DNA from: Camelus dromedarius
Lineage: Eukaryota
DNA length: 64,000 nucleotides
Direction: 5' to 3'
Assembly: GCF_036321535.1 (NCBI RefSeq)
Contig: NC_087437.1
Location: forward strand, 54,376,001-54,440,000
Both the position numbers and the translations under genes were made by a program. Positions 1 to 12,439 of the stretch are shown here, piece by piece; the stretch's first letter is position 1; each line of letters starts with the position of its first letter. The notes below the pieces were generated by a model that did no database searches, was not told where the DNA came from, and was given only the letters and a program-made list of their open reading frames with translations.

Positions 1-1960
1 TTCAGAATAATTTCATCAATACCTACCAAAAGTCATGCTGTGATTTTTGAGAGGAACTCTGATAAATCTATATATCAGTTTGAGGTAAATTAATATCTCT
101 ACTAGTGTGGTAGACAGAATAATGGCCCCTCAGAGATTCTGCTTCCTAACCCTTGGAAACTATGAATATGTTCCTTTTTATGAGAAAAGAGATTTTGCTG
201 ATGTGATAAGTTAAGGACCTGGAGATGGGAAGATTATTGCGGAGTCTCTAGGCAGGGTCAGTATAATCACAAGGTCTTGGTACAAGGGAGGTAGAAGGGT
301 TAGAGTCAGAGGAAGAGAAATATAACAATGCAAGCAGAGGCGAGAAAGAGATTAGAAGGTACTATGCTTTGAAGATAGAGGGAGAAGTCATACACCAAGG
401 AATGCAGTTTCTAGAAGCTGGAAAGGCAAGAAAGTAGATTCTCCCCTCAGGGCCTCCAGAAGGAATCAGCTCTAACCACTTTGATTTTAGCCCCATAAGA
501 CCCAATATCAGACTTCAGAAATCCATAGCTGTTTAAGAAAATAAATTTACATCATTTTAAGCCACTAAGTTTGTCCTTAAGTTGTTACAGCAGAAATAGG
601 AAGCTAATAAAACTATGTTGGGTCTTCCAATTAATGACTGTCTCTCTATTTGTTTAAATTTCCTTTCATTTCTTTCTTCAACAGTTTATAGTTTTGGTGT
701 ACAAGTCCTGACATATTTTGTTACATTTACATCGAAGTATTTCATTTTCTGAACAACGGTAAAGTGGTATTGTATCTTTAATTTCAAAGTCCATTGCTAG
801 TATACAGAAATACAATTGATTTTTGTGTTTATTTTGTATCCTGCAGCTTTGCTGAGCTCACTTATTAGTTCTAAGAGTTTTGTTTGTTTGTTTGTTTGTT
901 TCTTTTAGGTTCCTCCTAATTTTCTATGTAGATAATTATATCATCTACAAATAGGGGCAATTTTATTTTTTTCTTGCTGATCTTTATTCCTTTTATTTCC
1001 TTTCTTTCACTTATTGCATTGGATAGAACTTCCAGCATTATGAATGAGAGGTGAGAGTGAACACCCTTGCCTCATTCCTGTTCTAAGGGGGAAAGTAGTC
1101 AGTCTTTTACCATTAATAATAGTAGCTGTTGGGTTTTTATAGATATTCCTTATCAAGTTGAGGACATTTTCCTCTAATCCTAGATTTCTGAGAGTTTTTA
1201 ATCATGAATGAGTGTTAAATATGATCAAATGTTTTTTCTTCATTGATTGTTATGGTCATTTGATTTGCCTTCTTTAGATAATGAATATGGTGGGTTAACA
1301 TTAATTGCTTATTTAATATTGAACCAGCCTTGCATCTCTGAACCCTACTTGGTCATGGTTCATAATTCTTTCCATAACTGAGAAATTCTAGTTTATATTT
1401 TTTTTCTATTTTGTTCTATTCTGTTGTTGTTGTTTTAAAGATTTTGCTTCTACATCTCACAAAGTTCAAAACTTCCACAGTGTTTTGCTTATGCCTCATT
1501 TTCCAGGGTATGTGTCCCTGCAGTAGGACTTTTTTTTTTTCTTTTTTTTAGTCTTATTTCCTTATTTCCTGATCTTTTTCTTCCATCTCTAGAAACATAA
1601 AAGATTTTGCTTCTATATTCACAGGGAATGTTATTCTGTAGTTTATTTGTACTCCGTAGTTTTAATATCAGGGTGATATTATCTTTATAAAATGAATTGA
1701 GGATTATTTCCTCCCCTTTATTTTTTAGTGGATGTGTAAAATTGGTGTTAACTCTTCTTTAAATGTTTGAAATAATTCTTTAGTTAAACCATCTGGGACT
1801 AGAGATTTTGTTTTTGAAAGTTTTTAAAATTATGAATGCAATTTCTGTAATAATTATAGGACTATTCAAATTTATATGTTATATTGGATAAATTGTGGTA
1901 GTTTTTGAAGAATTGGTTTGTTTCACCCAAGTGGTCAAATTTTTGTATTTAGAGTTGCTG
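1..1960 (-). mobile_element. Old L1 (L1M-type) ORF2 fragment, antisense; interrupted by an LTR at 106-611 and a 138-bp insert at 1462-1599
   Basis: T-rich antisense L1 ORF2 phrases: 'tagaacttccagca..tgaatgagag..gtgagagtgaacacccttgcctcattcctg', 'tattgaaccagccttgcatctctg', 'ccatctgggactagag'. The L1 text resumes at 612. Confidence 0.9.
106..611 (+). mobile_element. MaLR solo LTR, MLT1D-like
   Basis: Begins 'tgtggtagacagaataatggcccc' and ends 'aagccactaagtttg..ttgttacagcagaaataggaagctaataaa'. 5-bp TSD ACTAG (101-105) / ACTAT (612-616). Confidence 0.9.
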
Positions 1961-2269
1961 CATCTGCCTGGTGTTTAAAGTCTTCTCTATCTAACTCTAA
2001 CCCATGTCTTCCATCTCTTACTCTTCCCTTCCAGCTCCATGAGTCACAGTAAATTGGACTCTCAATCAATTGGATACATCTCTGCGATTCCTTGGACACT
2101 CTATGCTTTCTCACTGCCTCACCTTGCTATTGTCATTCTCTCAAACATTTAAAGAAGACTATTGCATAGGAACAATGTTGAAATGCCTTCACTAGACGTC
2201 CAAGGCCTTCTTCATGTTATAACTTCACCTCCTACAATCCCAGTTACACACCTAGTAGGCAAAAGGAGA

Positions 2270-2511
2270 ATGGAAAACATCTCGAATTTAGAATCAGATC
2301 TGAGTTCAAATCTAACTCAGTTTTGTAACAACTTCATGATCTTGGGTAACTTATTCAACCTTGATGAGCTTCAGTTTCTTGCCAAAAATAAACCCCAAAT
2401 TGTTTAAAGAATAATAATAACTCAGAGTGTTGTTCTGAGAAATAAATGAGGTCATGAGTGCAAAATACATAGCACATATTAACTACTCAATAAACAGTAG
2501 CTATTTTTATT
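2270..2511 (+). mobile_element. MIR SINE
   Basis: 'tctgagttcaaatct..gatcttgggtaacttattcaacctt..cttcagtttc' core and 'ctcaataaacagtagctattt' tail. Confidence 0.8.
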
Positions 2512-3730
2512 ATGCTGAAGCCCACTGAGCAACTGTCCTATTCCTGTAACCCCCCGAGTCTTTTCTCAGGCCTACTGGCCTTGGCAAGGTTATCAAATGC
2601 CGTTGTACAAGCAATAGGGAGAAGGAACTAGCTGAGGATGAAGGGTAGGGATGAGACAGCATCCTCATGAGGTGTGTTGTTCATTGTTAGAAAGAAACAA
2701 TGAACAGAGCTTCGAGAGGGGCTGCATGAAGCACGGGTGACAGAGCAGGTCTAGAAATTCAGAATGGCAGGGCAGGGTCCAGCAGTTTCAGCATCTCATT
2801 TTTCTCCCCTAAACATCAGAACAAGCCCAGGCTTGCCTTTCCACAGCTGATGAGGACACCTCTCCCATCTTTTCATGAGGATGAATCATCTGTGTTTCCT
2901 TAATAGACACTTATTCAAATGCTATGTTCAGCACAGAGACGAGGCAGGGGGTGGGCAGCTCAGCCTGGGGTTTAAATCTGAAGCCTCTTCACTATGGCTT
3001 GTAGAGCTAACACACCCATTATGTGTGTGTTTCTTATAAGGGGCTCAAGGAAATATAGTCAAGAGACCTGCTTTGTAAGTACGTTTATTATTATCTCCTC
3101 CTGTTCAAGCCGCACAAAATAAATGTCTGGCATTTCCAGAAATTGCTATTGATTCAGCAGCAGGTTTTACAAGGCCAATCAATAACAGGTTCCTCTGCGC
3201 CACCACCCCGCCCCCCAGTGTGTGTGTATCTGTGATCAAGCTTGCTGTTCCTCCTGTGCTTTCTAGTGCTTATAATTGGTCCAGAATAAACAGATGATTT
3301 CATCTTTTCCAGGAAAAAAAGGGGGGGGGGATAAAAACTCTATTAGAAATATCTCCATTTCCTATTCAAAAACAAAGCCGTGTGCATATAACTGTATGCA
3401 TATGAGAACAACAGAGAGAGAGAGAGACTGCATTCAAGCCTGCCTGCCAGGGTGAGACCCTAAACACATAAGAAGCCACAGTTGGTGATGTCTTTTCCCC
3501 TCACCTAAGCTGTGCTACAATAGGGAATTAGGGACCCAGAAAGTCACATAGATCCTTCTAGTCATGAGTTCTTCTATCATAATGCCTGTCTAGCTTGTAG
3601 TGGCACCAACTATGTAACAGAGGCTCAGAGCAGGCTAGAACTTCAAAGTTCACCAGCACAACCTCCTCCGTTACACATTAAAGCACAGAGGCTCAGAAAA
3701 GGAAAGTAGGTCTAAACTCAGGTCTCTTTC

Positions 3731-4119
3731 CTCAGAATATGACCTTATTTGGAGACAAGGTATTTACAGAGGTCGTCAAGTTTAAATGAGATCATTTGAG
3801 TGGTCCCTAATCCAAAGTGATTGGTGTCCCTATAAAAAGGAGACATTTGGACACTGAGAGACACACACAGGCAGAACGCCATGTGACAATGGAGGCGGAA
3901 ATCAAGAAGATGCTTCTTCAAGCCAAGGAACACCGAGAGCTGCCAGCAAATCACCAGAGGCTAGGAAAGGGGAACGGAGCAGATTCCCCCTCCCAGCCCT
4001 CAGAAAGAACACCTTGATCTCAGCTCTCTAGCCTCCAAAATTGTGAGACAACAGATGACTACTGTTCAAGCCGCCCGGATTGCGGCACTTTGTTTTGATG
4101 GCCCTAGCAAACTAACATA
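3731..4119 (+). mobile_element. MaLR LTR, MLT1C-like, 5'-truncated
   Basis: 'tgaccttatttggagacaagg', 'caagccaaggaacac..gccagcaaatcaccagaggctagg', and 3' end 'gccctagcaaactaaca'. Confidence 0.9.
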
Positions 4120-4495
4120 CTCCTCTTCCTCAACAGAGTGTCCAGGAGGCCCAGCACTACGGAATCCAGAGCTGAAAGTCAGAAAAATATTAGAACTATG
4201 TTAGAGGCTCTTGATAATCCTACTCCAAATAAATAAAGCATCAGGAGAGAAGGTAAGAATGCACATGGATAAAACATACTGCCAGCTTCTCAGACAAGAC
4301 GTACTTTTTGCAACTGTGGAGAAAGTAAACCAACTGCTAAAACTATATGAAATCAATTGTCTATGTGGTAAAGCATAAGTCATGCTAGAGTTTGCTCTAT
4401 GATAGAATAAAGTTCACAAATTTTTCTTCAAGGTAGAATATAATAGTAAAGAAAACTCAGGAGCACCCTGGTAAAAAAAAAAATAATAATAATAA

Positions 4496-4845
4496 TGTAT
4501 AGGTTCCACAAGACCCATTTCATTTATCTCTTGCTAGGGACACGGAAGACTGTATTTCTCACTCTCTTTTGCAACTAGAATGGACCATGTGACTAGTTTT
4601 GACCAATGGACCAAAGGTGACATAAGTAGGGTAGAAAAGTGTATGTAAGCCTACCATGCTTTCTCTTCGCTTGCCATGAGACCCTAGAAGTCATATACTG
4701 AGATAGGGTGGTGCAAAAGTAAAGCAGATCAGACCCTTAAGTCACTGATCAAAAGGACGCTGCCTTGGAGAACCATTCAGCTCTCATTGAAGCTTCCTTA
4801 GGAGAGAAATAGATGTTTTTGAGATTTGGGGAGAATAATCTAACC
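4496..4845 (+). mobile_element. Old MaLR LTR (MLT1I/J-like)
   Basis: 'tatttctcactctcttttgcaactaga..ccatgtgactagttttgaccaatgga' and 'gagatttgggg'. Confidence 0.6.
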
Positions 4846-5109
4846 CTTGGCCTCGCTCAGCTAATGATGGCACTCACCTTTGCCATCTGTATTTGACTAG
4901 CATGCTATTAAAAAAAAAGAATAAGCCATCTGAAGACCATGAGCTTGGAATTTCTCACATTTCTTCTTGTTGTAGAGCAACCCATCCCAACAATGTCCAT
5001 GTGACCCCCTCCGAAAGCACAGGCTTGAGGCCCCACAATAAAGGAAGCTCCTTTTCAGCATTCCCACCTATTCCTCCAGCAGGAGCTAGGACCCTTACAG
5101 GAAAAAGGG

Positions 5110-5285
5110 CATTTCCTACTGCACAAGGCAGCCCCTCTTGGCACAACTCTGGTTGTTGGAAATTTACTCCTTAAGATAATGTATAAATAATCAGACTCTG
5201 TTACTTCCACCCATTGACCTTAGCTCTACCCTCTAGAGTTCGCGAATAACAAAGAACAAGTCCATACTTCTCCCAAACTGTTCTC
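5110..5285 (-). mobile_element. CR1/L3 LINE 3' fragment
   Basis: 'actctggttgttggaaatttactcctt..ctgttacttccacccattgaccttagctctaccctctag..gaacaagtc' matches the antisense L3 3' region. Confidence 0.65.
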
Positions 5286-6139
5286 CCCCAGGCTGTTTTA
5301 ATCAAAGGAGATTTCTTTCCAGAAGCCTTGTTAATCAAGCTATCTCTAATAAGTCAAATCCCAATAGAACGTAGGTCAAAGCACTGTCCCAATTATTTTG
5401 TTGTGTTAGGATTTTATGATACAAAAAAATATTTCAAATACATGGGATTCCAACTGGGGCCTAACATTCTTTCAGTTATAGAAAAACTTGCATCACAGCA
5501 ATATTTGTTTCATTGGGATTTAACCTGCTCATCGTTCTGCTGAGTGCCTAAGTAGGAATGTGGGAAATAGCTTTCGATGGCCCATAAGCTCAGAAAAAAC
5601 GTCAGTGAAACACAGGCAAATAGATTATAATTGCATCGACAGCTCTTTTCATAAGCTAATGGGCTGTCTAACCTATTCATGACTGCTGTCCCCCGTAGGG
5701 TCTTGTAAGCACATTGCCAAGGAGTTTGTTGAATTTGGCAAATTGATCCACTGGGCTTGTTTGACTTCCCATTTCTATGAATGATCATTAGGTATTTTAA
5801 CAATATGTGAATGTGCTTAGAGCGCCTAATGGGGCATGAGCTAGGTAAATAAGTGATGCAGTTGAGAACTCTAGTGTTAACACACACAAAAATCCACTCT
5901 CCTTTTTCTTAAAAATGGATTCCCATCATGTTTTAAGTGGAAAATCTTAAATCTGTATATACAGGCAAGGTATCTCTGTCCTGTAATTCATGTTTGACCA
6001 TCAAGACTCTGATCGGAGAGAGAACATGTAATTTTTCTTGAAGGACTAAAAGAGTCAAATCAACATGAGGGCTAGAAAACACATGAGAAAACGGAACTTT
6101 ACTAGTAGACACAATTTTTTTTTTTTTTTTTTTTACATT

Positions 6140-6720
6140 TCAAATCAGAATATCTAGTGTTGGCATGGCTGGGGAAACACTTTTATATATACTCCTTGTG
6201 GGAGCATAACTTGAGACAATCTTTCTGAAAGGCAATTTGGCAAATATATCAAAAGCCTTTAAAGTGTGTATATCCTTTGACCCAGACCCAGTGTTTTCAC
6301 TTCTAGAAATTTACTCTAAGGAAATAATAATGGGTGTGTGCAAAGATTCATTTACAAAGATGCTTATTGTGATGTTCTTTGCAATAGAAGTAATTGGAAA
6401 AAAACAAATCGCCAACAAAAGGAAATTGGCTTTTTAAAAAACATGATGTACTCATTTATACAATGTTATATTGTGCAGGCCTTAAAAACGTGTTATAGAA
6501 GAATTATTAAAAATGTTTGTAATATACTGTTAAGGTAAAAAAAGGTTCAAAACAGTATTTTTAGTATATCAATTTTGCAAACACTTTTTAAACAAACACA
6601 GATTAAATACATCAAAAATGCTTATCTCTGAAGGTTGGGATTGTGAGTCATTTTTATTTCCTTCTTTACCTCTCTTGAATTTTTCTAAATGTTTATAGTA
6701 AACACATAATATATTTAGTG
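6140..6720 (+). mobile_element. L1ME-type 3' end fragment
   Basis: 'ctttctgaaaggcaatttggcaaatatatcaaaagcctttaaagtgtgtatatcctttgacccag..ctagaaatttactctaaggaaataat'. Confidence 0.8.
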
Positions 6721-7199
6721 TACAAAAATATTATAATGATATTGAATCTTATGTGTAAAAGATTCTAATTGTTCAAAATGCTGTGATGACTAGGAAATCA
6801 GGCACATCTTTCCTACTGGATTAACTCTCGATACTAAGTGAACCTTTCTTTGGCATCTCTTACTAGTATAGAGCCAAGTATTCTCTATCCTTTAAAGCAA
6901 GTTTGAAAACCAGTGGAGAATACCATCACTTGCCATGGTACCCAACTCAGTCACATTTGAAATAAAAAGATTTGTGGAATTTTTTAAGCTGGGAAAGGAA
7001 TACTAGTTTCATCACCCAAGAGCATTAGATGTAGAGTCAGAACACCTGGGATCAAATTCTAACTCTGACATTAGCTGGTGACCTTGAACAAGTCTCTTAC
7101 TCCTGCAATGGGACTCTCAGACTGGGACTGTAGAGAGATTAATATTTTTAATTAATGGATATGAAAGATCAATGTATCCAAAAGACCACCAAGACAGTC

Positions 7200-7490
7200 A
7201 CATGTTCTGTAGCATGAATTTGTTATACAGCAAAGTGAATCCCTGTGTAAATGCCACCCAAGTGAAAAAATAGAGCATGGCCAGCACCCCAGAAAACTGG
7301 CACAGGCCCCTTCCCAGTCACACCTGCTCTCTGCCCTCCAGAGTCACCGCTCTCTTAACATTACTATGATCATTCTCTTAATTTGCTGTATAGTTTTACC
7401 ACCTAAGCATGCATCTCTGAACAATATAGTTTACTTGAATTTATCTTTGAACTTTGTATAAATGGAATCATACAGAAAAAATACTGTCGT
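7200..7490 (-). mobile_element. L1ME-type 3'UTR fragment
   Basis: 'aaatagagcatggccagcaccccagaa..ccccttcccagtca', 'gaactttgtataaatggaatcataca'. Confidence 0.75.
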
Positions 7491-9267
7491 GATAATAGAT
7501 GTAAAAGAATGTTGTAAAGGGCACTATATACAAAAGTGAATGGCATTATTATCAGTAACTCTATTATATAAGGATGTAGGAATTGAATTTCAACACTCCA
7601 TAGCAGGTGGCTGGTCTCAGGATTTTGGCATTGAGTCATTTCCAGTCAGGTCTAGACCGCCTTATCCTTCCAGATGGTCAAGCACAAGCTCATGTTCAGG
7701 GGCCCATCAGAGCTCTGTGTTTGTGACTTCTTATGCCACCTGGCTGGAAAAGTACTCACCTGAGGTTGAAGGGGTCTGTAAATACCTGCTTTGTTCATAA
7801 ATTAGCAGGCTTCTCTCTGTTGAGTGAGTTCTCCAGCTATTATCAAGGCTCTAAGGTCACATCTGGTTAATCGTTGGCTAGAAATCAATACACAGAGAGT
7901 GATGGTTTGTGATAAGGGCTTCTAATAAGCAAGTTTAAGTTCAGAAGACTGGCTGTCTTCTCACTTTTAGATGCTGAAAAGAAGCTGCTAATCCCTTTTC
8001 TTGTTGGAAAAAAACGTAACCCCATTCATGTTGCTACCTAAATCAAGAACTATTTAATATATTTTTATAAGTCCCCTTCCCTTTTTGGTCAGTTCTTTAT
8101 GTCCCTAGGCTCAGCTGTTAAATGCCACCTACAAATTTTTTTAAGTCCCAAGGAAATGCATCCGCTTATTCTCTGGTGTCACAAGACCTCAGGGTTACAG
8201 CTACCTTTGTCCCAGTTCTGGAACAATTCCAGTGCTCTTTGATGTTAGCGGCTACCTTGTGAACTGATCCATGGGGCTCCCAGTGCCCGAGGCTCAGGAT
8301 CACTGTGGGTTTCCCGGCTGGCATTTGTCCAATGCTTGCCATTCCTCCTGTGCAACAACCCATGCGTGTGCGCATGAGCAACACGCGTGTGTGAACGGGT
8401 GGGTGTGTTCAAGCGTGTGTAGGCATACTATCTGCTCATTCCACAAGTAGACAGCATTACTGTGGACTGTAGCAATGACAGTGAGAATGCCTTTCATGTG
8501 GTAAATATTGGGTGACTAAGTGAACAAATGAGCAATGCTCCACCTGACTTTCTACCCCAACATTCCTCCTCTTCTCACAACTGAGGCTACTTGAATTCCA
8601 CCTTCAGGCTCAACATTATATCATTCCTAGGATCAATTTTGGACTTAGTCAAGTAGAATATTAGGAGTATTAGTCTAGATCCCCAAAAGACTCAGAATTG
8701 AGAGTACTTGGCCAATCCTTCCATAGTCATGTCAAGTTCATGTTTAGATTGCTGCCTTGTTCCACTCTCACAGCCTCTGTGTGTGCTCCAGTTTTAGTGT
8801 CTGGAATGCTTGCCATCTATCCCAAGCCCTTGCTCCCCTTCCTGAATCCCAATAGCTAGGACATTAACCCCCTTCAATGCCCAGACCCTGAATCAGTATG
8901 TGGCATTACCTCATCACTGGCAGACTTTCTGCTAGAACTTCCACCTCTGCCTGGTACTCCCTGACTCTGAACAAGAGCTACCTCACACCATACTCTCCAG
9001 ATGTCACGTCTATCTACTAGAACCCCTCACCCCACTGGCAGCTGGCTCTGCTCCCAACTCTACATGATGGACACCCGTAATCTCCATTTCCACTCTTCTC
9101 CTGATCTGCCATGAACATTGCCTACTGAAAGGCCTTTAAATGTTTAAATTTTTAATTTCTAAGGTAAAAATAATAAATTTTGAAAACAAGACACTATCAC
9201 AGTAAGCAAATAAGAAAAAAGAAAACAACCATAATCTGACCAAAAACTTTGCTAAAATCTTAGTGCA

Positions 9268-10752
9268 AATGGAGAGATATACCATGTTCATGGATTAGAA
9301 GACTCAGTATAGTTAAGATGTCAATTCTTTGTGAACTGACCTGTGGAACTAATCAAATTCCAATAACAATCCTAGAAAGTTTTTTTGGTAGATTCAAAGA
9401 AGCTGATTCTAAAGTTTATATAGAAAGGCAAAGGAACTAGAATAACCAAAACAAAATTGAAAAAGAAGAATAAAAATGGAGGATTCACCCTACCCGACTT
9501 CAACACCTACTATAAAGTAATCAGTGTGGTTTTGGCAAAAGGATAGACACAGAGATCATTGGAACAGAATACAGAGTCCATAAATAAATTTACCCATGTA
9601 TGGCCAGTTGATATTTTACAGAGCACAAAGGCAATTTAATTTATTATCAAAAAGTTATGCTGGGACCATATGCAAATACATGAGCCACTACAACTAATCT
9701 TTACAAGTTATAGAAAAAAACTGTAAAATGGATCTCAGATACAAATATAAAATATAAAGCTATAAAACTTTTGGAAGTGAACTAAGAGAAAACCTTCATG
9801 ACCTAAGATTAGGTATGACACAAAATCTCTTAAATATGACACAAAAAACACAATACATGACAGAAAAAAATTGATAAATTGATCAGACTTTATAAAAATT
9901 AAAAGCTTTCTCTCTATGAAAGATAATACTAAGAGAATGAAAAGACAAGGTAAAGGCTGGGAGAATATAGTTGCAAATCACATATCTGACAAGGGCCTTG
10001 TAGCTAGAATATATAAAGAACTGTCAAACCTCAACCATAAGAAAACACACAATCCAATTTTTCAAAATGGGTAAGAGACTTGAATAGACATTTCATCATA
10101 GAGGATTTACAGATGGCAAATAAACACATAAGGAGATATTTGACATCATTAGCCATTAGGAAATAAAAATGAAAACCATGATGAGAGACCACTACATATC
10201 TATTAGAATGGCTAAAATAGAAAAAAAAAAAAAAAAAAAAAAGGAAAAGAAACATGACATTACCAAGTGGTGGCATGCAGAGGAACTGGTATTCTACTTT
10301 GCCGGTGAAAAAGTATAAAGGTAAAATCGTCCGTACACAGTTTAATAGGTTTTTATAAAGTAAAACGTACACTTACCTTATGACCCAGCAAAACACGCTT
10401 ACAGAAAAAAACCGATGTTCATCAACAATGAAAAGAAAATAACTGTTTCTGCCATACCGCAAACGCATTATACTGAGTGAAAGAAGTCAGTTCTTAAGTT
10501 ATGTGCTTAAGTTATGATTCTTAAGTTATGATTCCATTTATATGACATTCTGGAAAAGGCCAAACTCTAGCAACAGAAAATTAGTGGTTGCCAGGGATTT
10601 GGGTTTAATTTCAAAGGGTAGTACAAGGTTTCTTTTTTTCAAGTGATGGAACTGTCTGTCCTGATTGTTGTGGTGGTTACACAAATTTATACAGAGTTAA
10701 AACTCAAGCAACTGTACTTTACAGTATGTTGATTTAAAAACTAAAACTAAAA
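9268..10752 (+). mobile_element. 5'-truncated L1 (L1MC/MD-type) ORF2 C-terminus and 3'UTR, decayed
   Basis: 'aaatggagagatataccatgttcatggattagaagactc', 'caaatcacatatctgacaaggg', 'tgattccatttatatgacattctggaaaaggc'. TSD aaaatcttagTGca (9254-9267) / aaaatcttagCAca (10753-10766). Confidence 0.9.
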
Positions 10753-10840
10753 AAAATCTTAGCACATTCCACCTGAATCTTTTCCTATATGCATGTATAT
10801 TAATAGAATCATTTTGTATTCAGTAATACTGTATAACACA

Positions 10841-11029
10841 TTTTTATTTTATTTTATTTTATTTTATTTTTTCTTTTTATTTTCTTTCTTTCTTTCTTTC
10901 TTTCTTTTTTCAGAGGGGAGGTAATTATGTTTATTTATTTAGTTCATTTTTTTGATGGAAGTACTGGGGATTGAACCCAGGACCTTGTGCATGCCAAGCA
11001 TGCACTCTACCACTTGAGCCATACCCCCC
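10841..11029 (-). mobile_element. Camelid tRNA-derived SINE (Vic-1 type)
   Basis: Reverse complement reads 'ggggggtatggctcaagtggtagagtgcatgc..ggtcctgggttcaatccccagtac..aaataaataaacataattacctcccc' (Pol III A and B boxes), then an (AAAG)n/(AAAAT)n tail. Confidence 0.9.
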
Positions 11030-12439
11030 GCAACATTTTAATTTTAAATGTTCTAAATAGCCTTCAATGTAATTAAATATGCATCTATATATCAATTTTA
11101 ATAATTGGGCTGTGCTCCATTGAATGGATTTAACACTTACTGTGTAAGCGATCCCATGTTATTGGAAATTTGGATTGTTTCTGATTTTTCAGTGTTAGAA
11201 ATGATGCTGTGATGATCATTCTTGTAGCTAAATATTTACACAAATCCTTAATTACACTTTAGATACATTGTTAGAAGTAGACTTGCTGGGTCAATGAATG
11301 AACTTTTTATTTTTAAAGATTTTTGAGGACACAATGAGGGGGCCTATCTCCCCACAGACTCCCCTATAACCTCACATACGTTCTGCTATTATATTTAATG
11401 TGGAGTTAAAACTTCTTCAAGGTACTTACACACATATCATGTTCATCTTTGGGCAACAAAACAACCCACAGGGCCTAAAACATTGCCCTATACATAAAAG
11501 ACACCAAGTAATATCTGTATTTGTTTGTTGGTGGGAATAAATGGACACATTTAATAACTCAGCTGCTTCTTTGCAAATGAAGTTTCCTATTTATCATCAA
11601 ATACTTTCGAGTTACTTCATGCAACAATAATTAATTCAGCACCTAGTGGTGTGGTCCCAAACATTTCCTAACCAAATCTAAGCCATAAAAAAAAATTTGA
11701 GCATTCCTCATTTATTATTTATTTATGTTTTATATGTGCATACTCCTGTCGATCTATGTATTAAAGAATAATAAAGCTTGAATTCTTTCTTATCTTGGAT
11801 TAGAAATAAGCATAAATGAGGTTCCAATACTTTCTTCCCACTCTCCAAAAGATTAGTCTTTGTATCTCCCCAGGCTACACACGTTTTGCAGATCACTGCC
11901 CTAAGGAGCCTGAACACCAAGGAGAATACAGCGATGGATAACACAGTCCTGCCCTTGGATTCACAGCCAGCCCGGGAACAAATACCCTGAGAACTTCAGA
12001 CATATCAGAGTGCCTTGTAAAAGCAGAGGAGGGAGCGATTCCTTCCTATTGAAGAAGAAATGAGAGTCTTTAGGGAAGAGGGAGCCCTGGAGCAGGTGAA
12101 GAAGTGTAAGAAGAGTTTTGTGCCCTCTACCCTGAGGAAGTCCCTCTTTGTTCCTGTTCTACCTCGACCTCAGCAGCGTTACAGGATGGGAGGGTTGGGG
12201 AGGGCTGTAGAATGAGGAGGAGTCTGTACACCTGCCATGTATGGCTGTTGGTGGGTTTTTCTTTGGGCCTCCTTTTTTTTCCTGTTTGTTTAATGTATAT
12301 TTTCCTATTGCCTTCAGGACACAGTGACACACATTTCAGCGGTACTTCAGGACTCAGTGTCAGAGGAGTGTGGGGAGGACGAGCCTCCGGGCAGAGATGG
12401 CCAATCTTTCCCAGGCTAACGTCCGATGCTGCTTCATTA

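Larger units (their letters stand above)
9130..11330 (-). mobile_element. Very old antisense L1ME fragment hosting a younger L1 (9268-10752) and a SINE (10841-11029)
   Basis: The flanks join into L1ME antisense text: 'aaccataatctgacc..tgctaaaatcttag|cacattcc..cttttcctatatgca', then 'ggaaatttggattgtttctgatttt..gctgtgatgatcattcttgtagcta..ttgctgggtcaa'. Confidence 0.65.

Noticed and set aside
3743..3752. Perfect CArG box CCTTATTTGG
   Set aside because: It is part of the MLT1 LTR body, with no other evidence of function.
8560..9120. Possible ancient Gypsy-like LTR; also a possible old L1 3'UTR at about 42500-42980
   Set aside because: The similarity is too faint to assign by eye and needs a Dfam HMM search.
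10493..10533. Three short repeats of cttaagttatg; also (gtagacaccc)x2 at 23661-23680 and the 24-mer pair at 18568
   Set aside because: Local slippage duplications with no spacers or regular array; not CRISPR-like.
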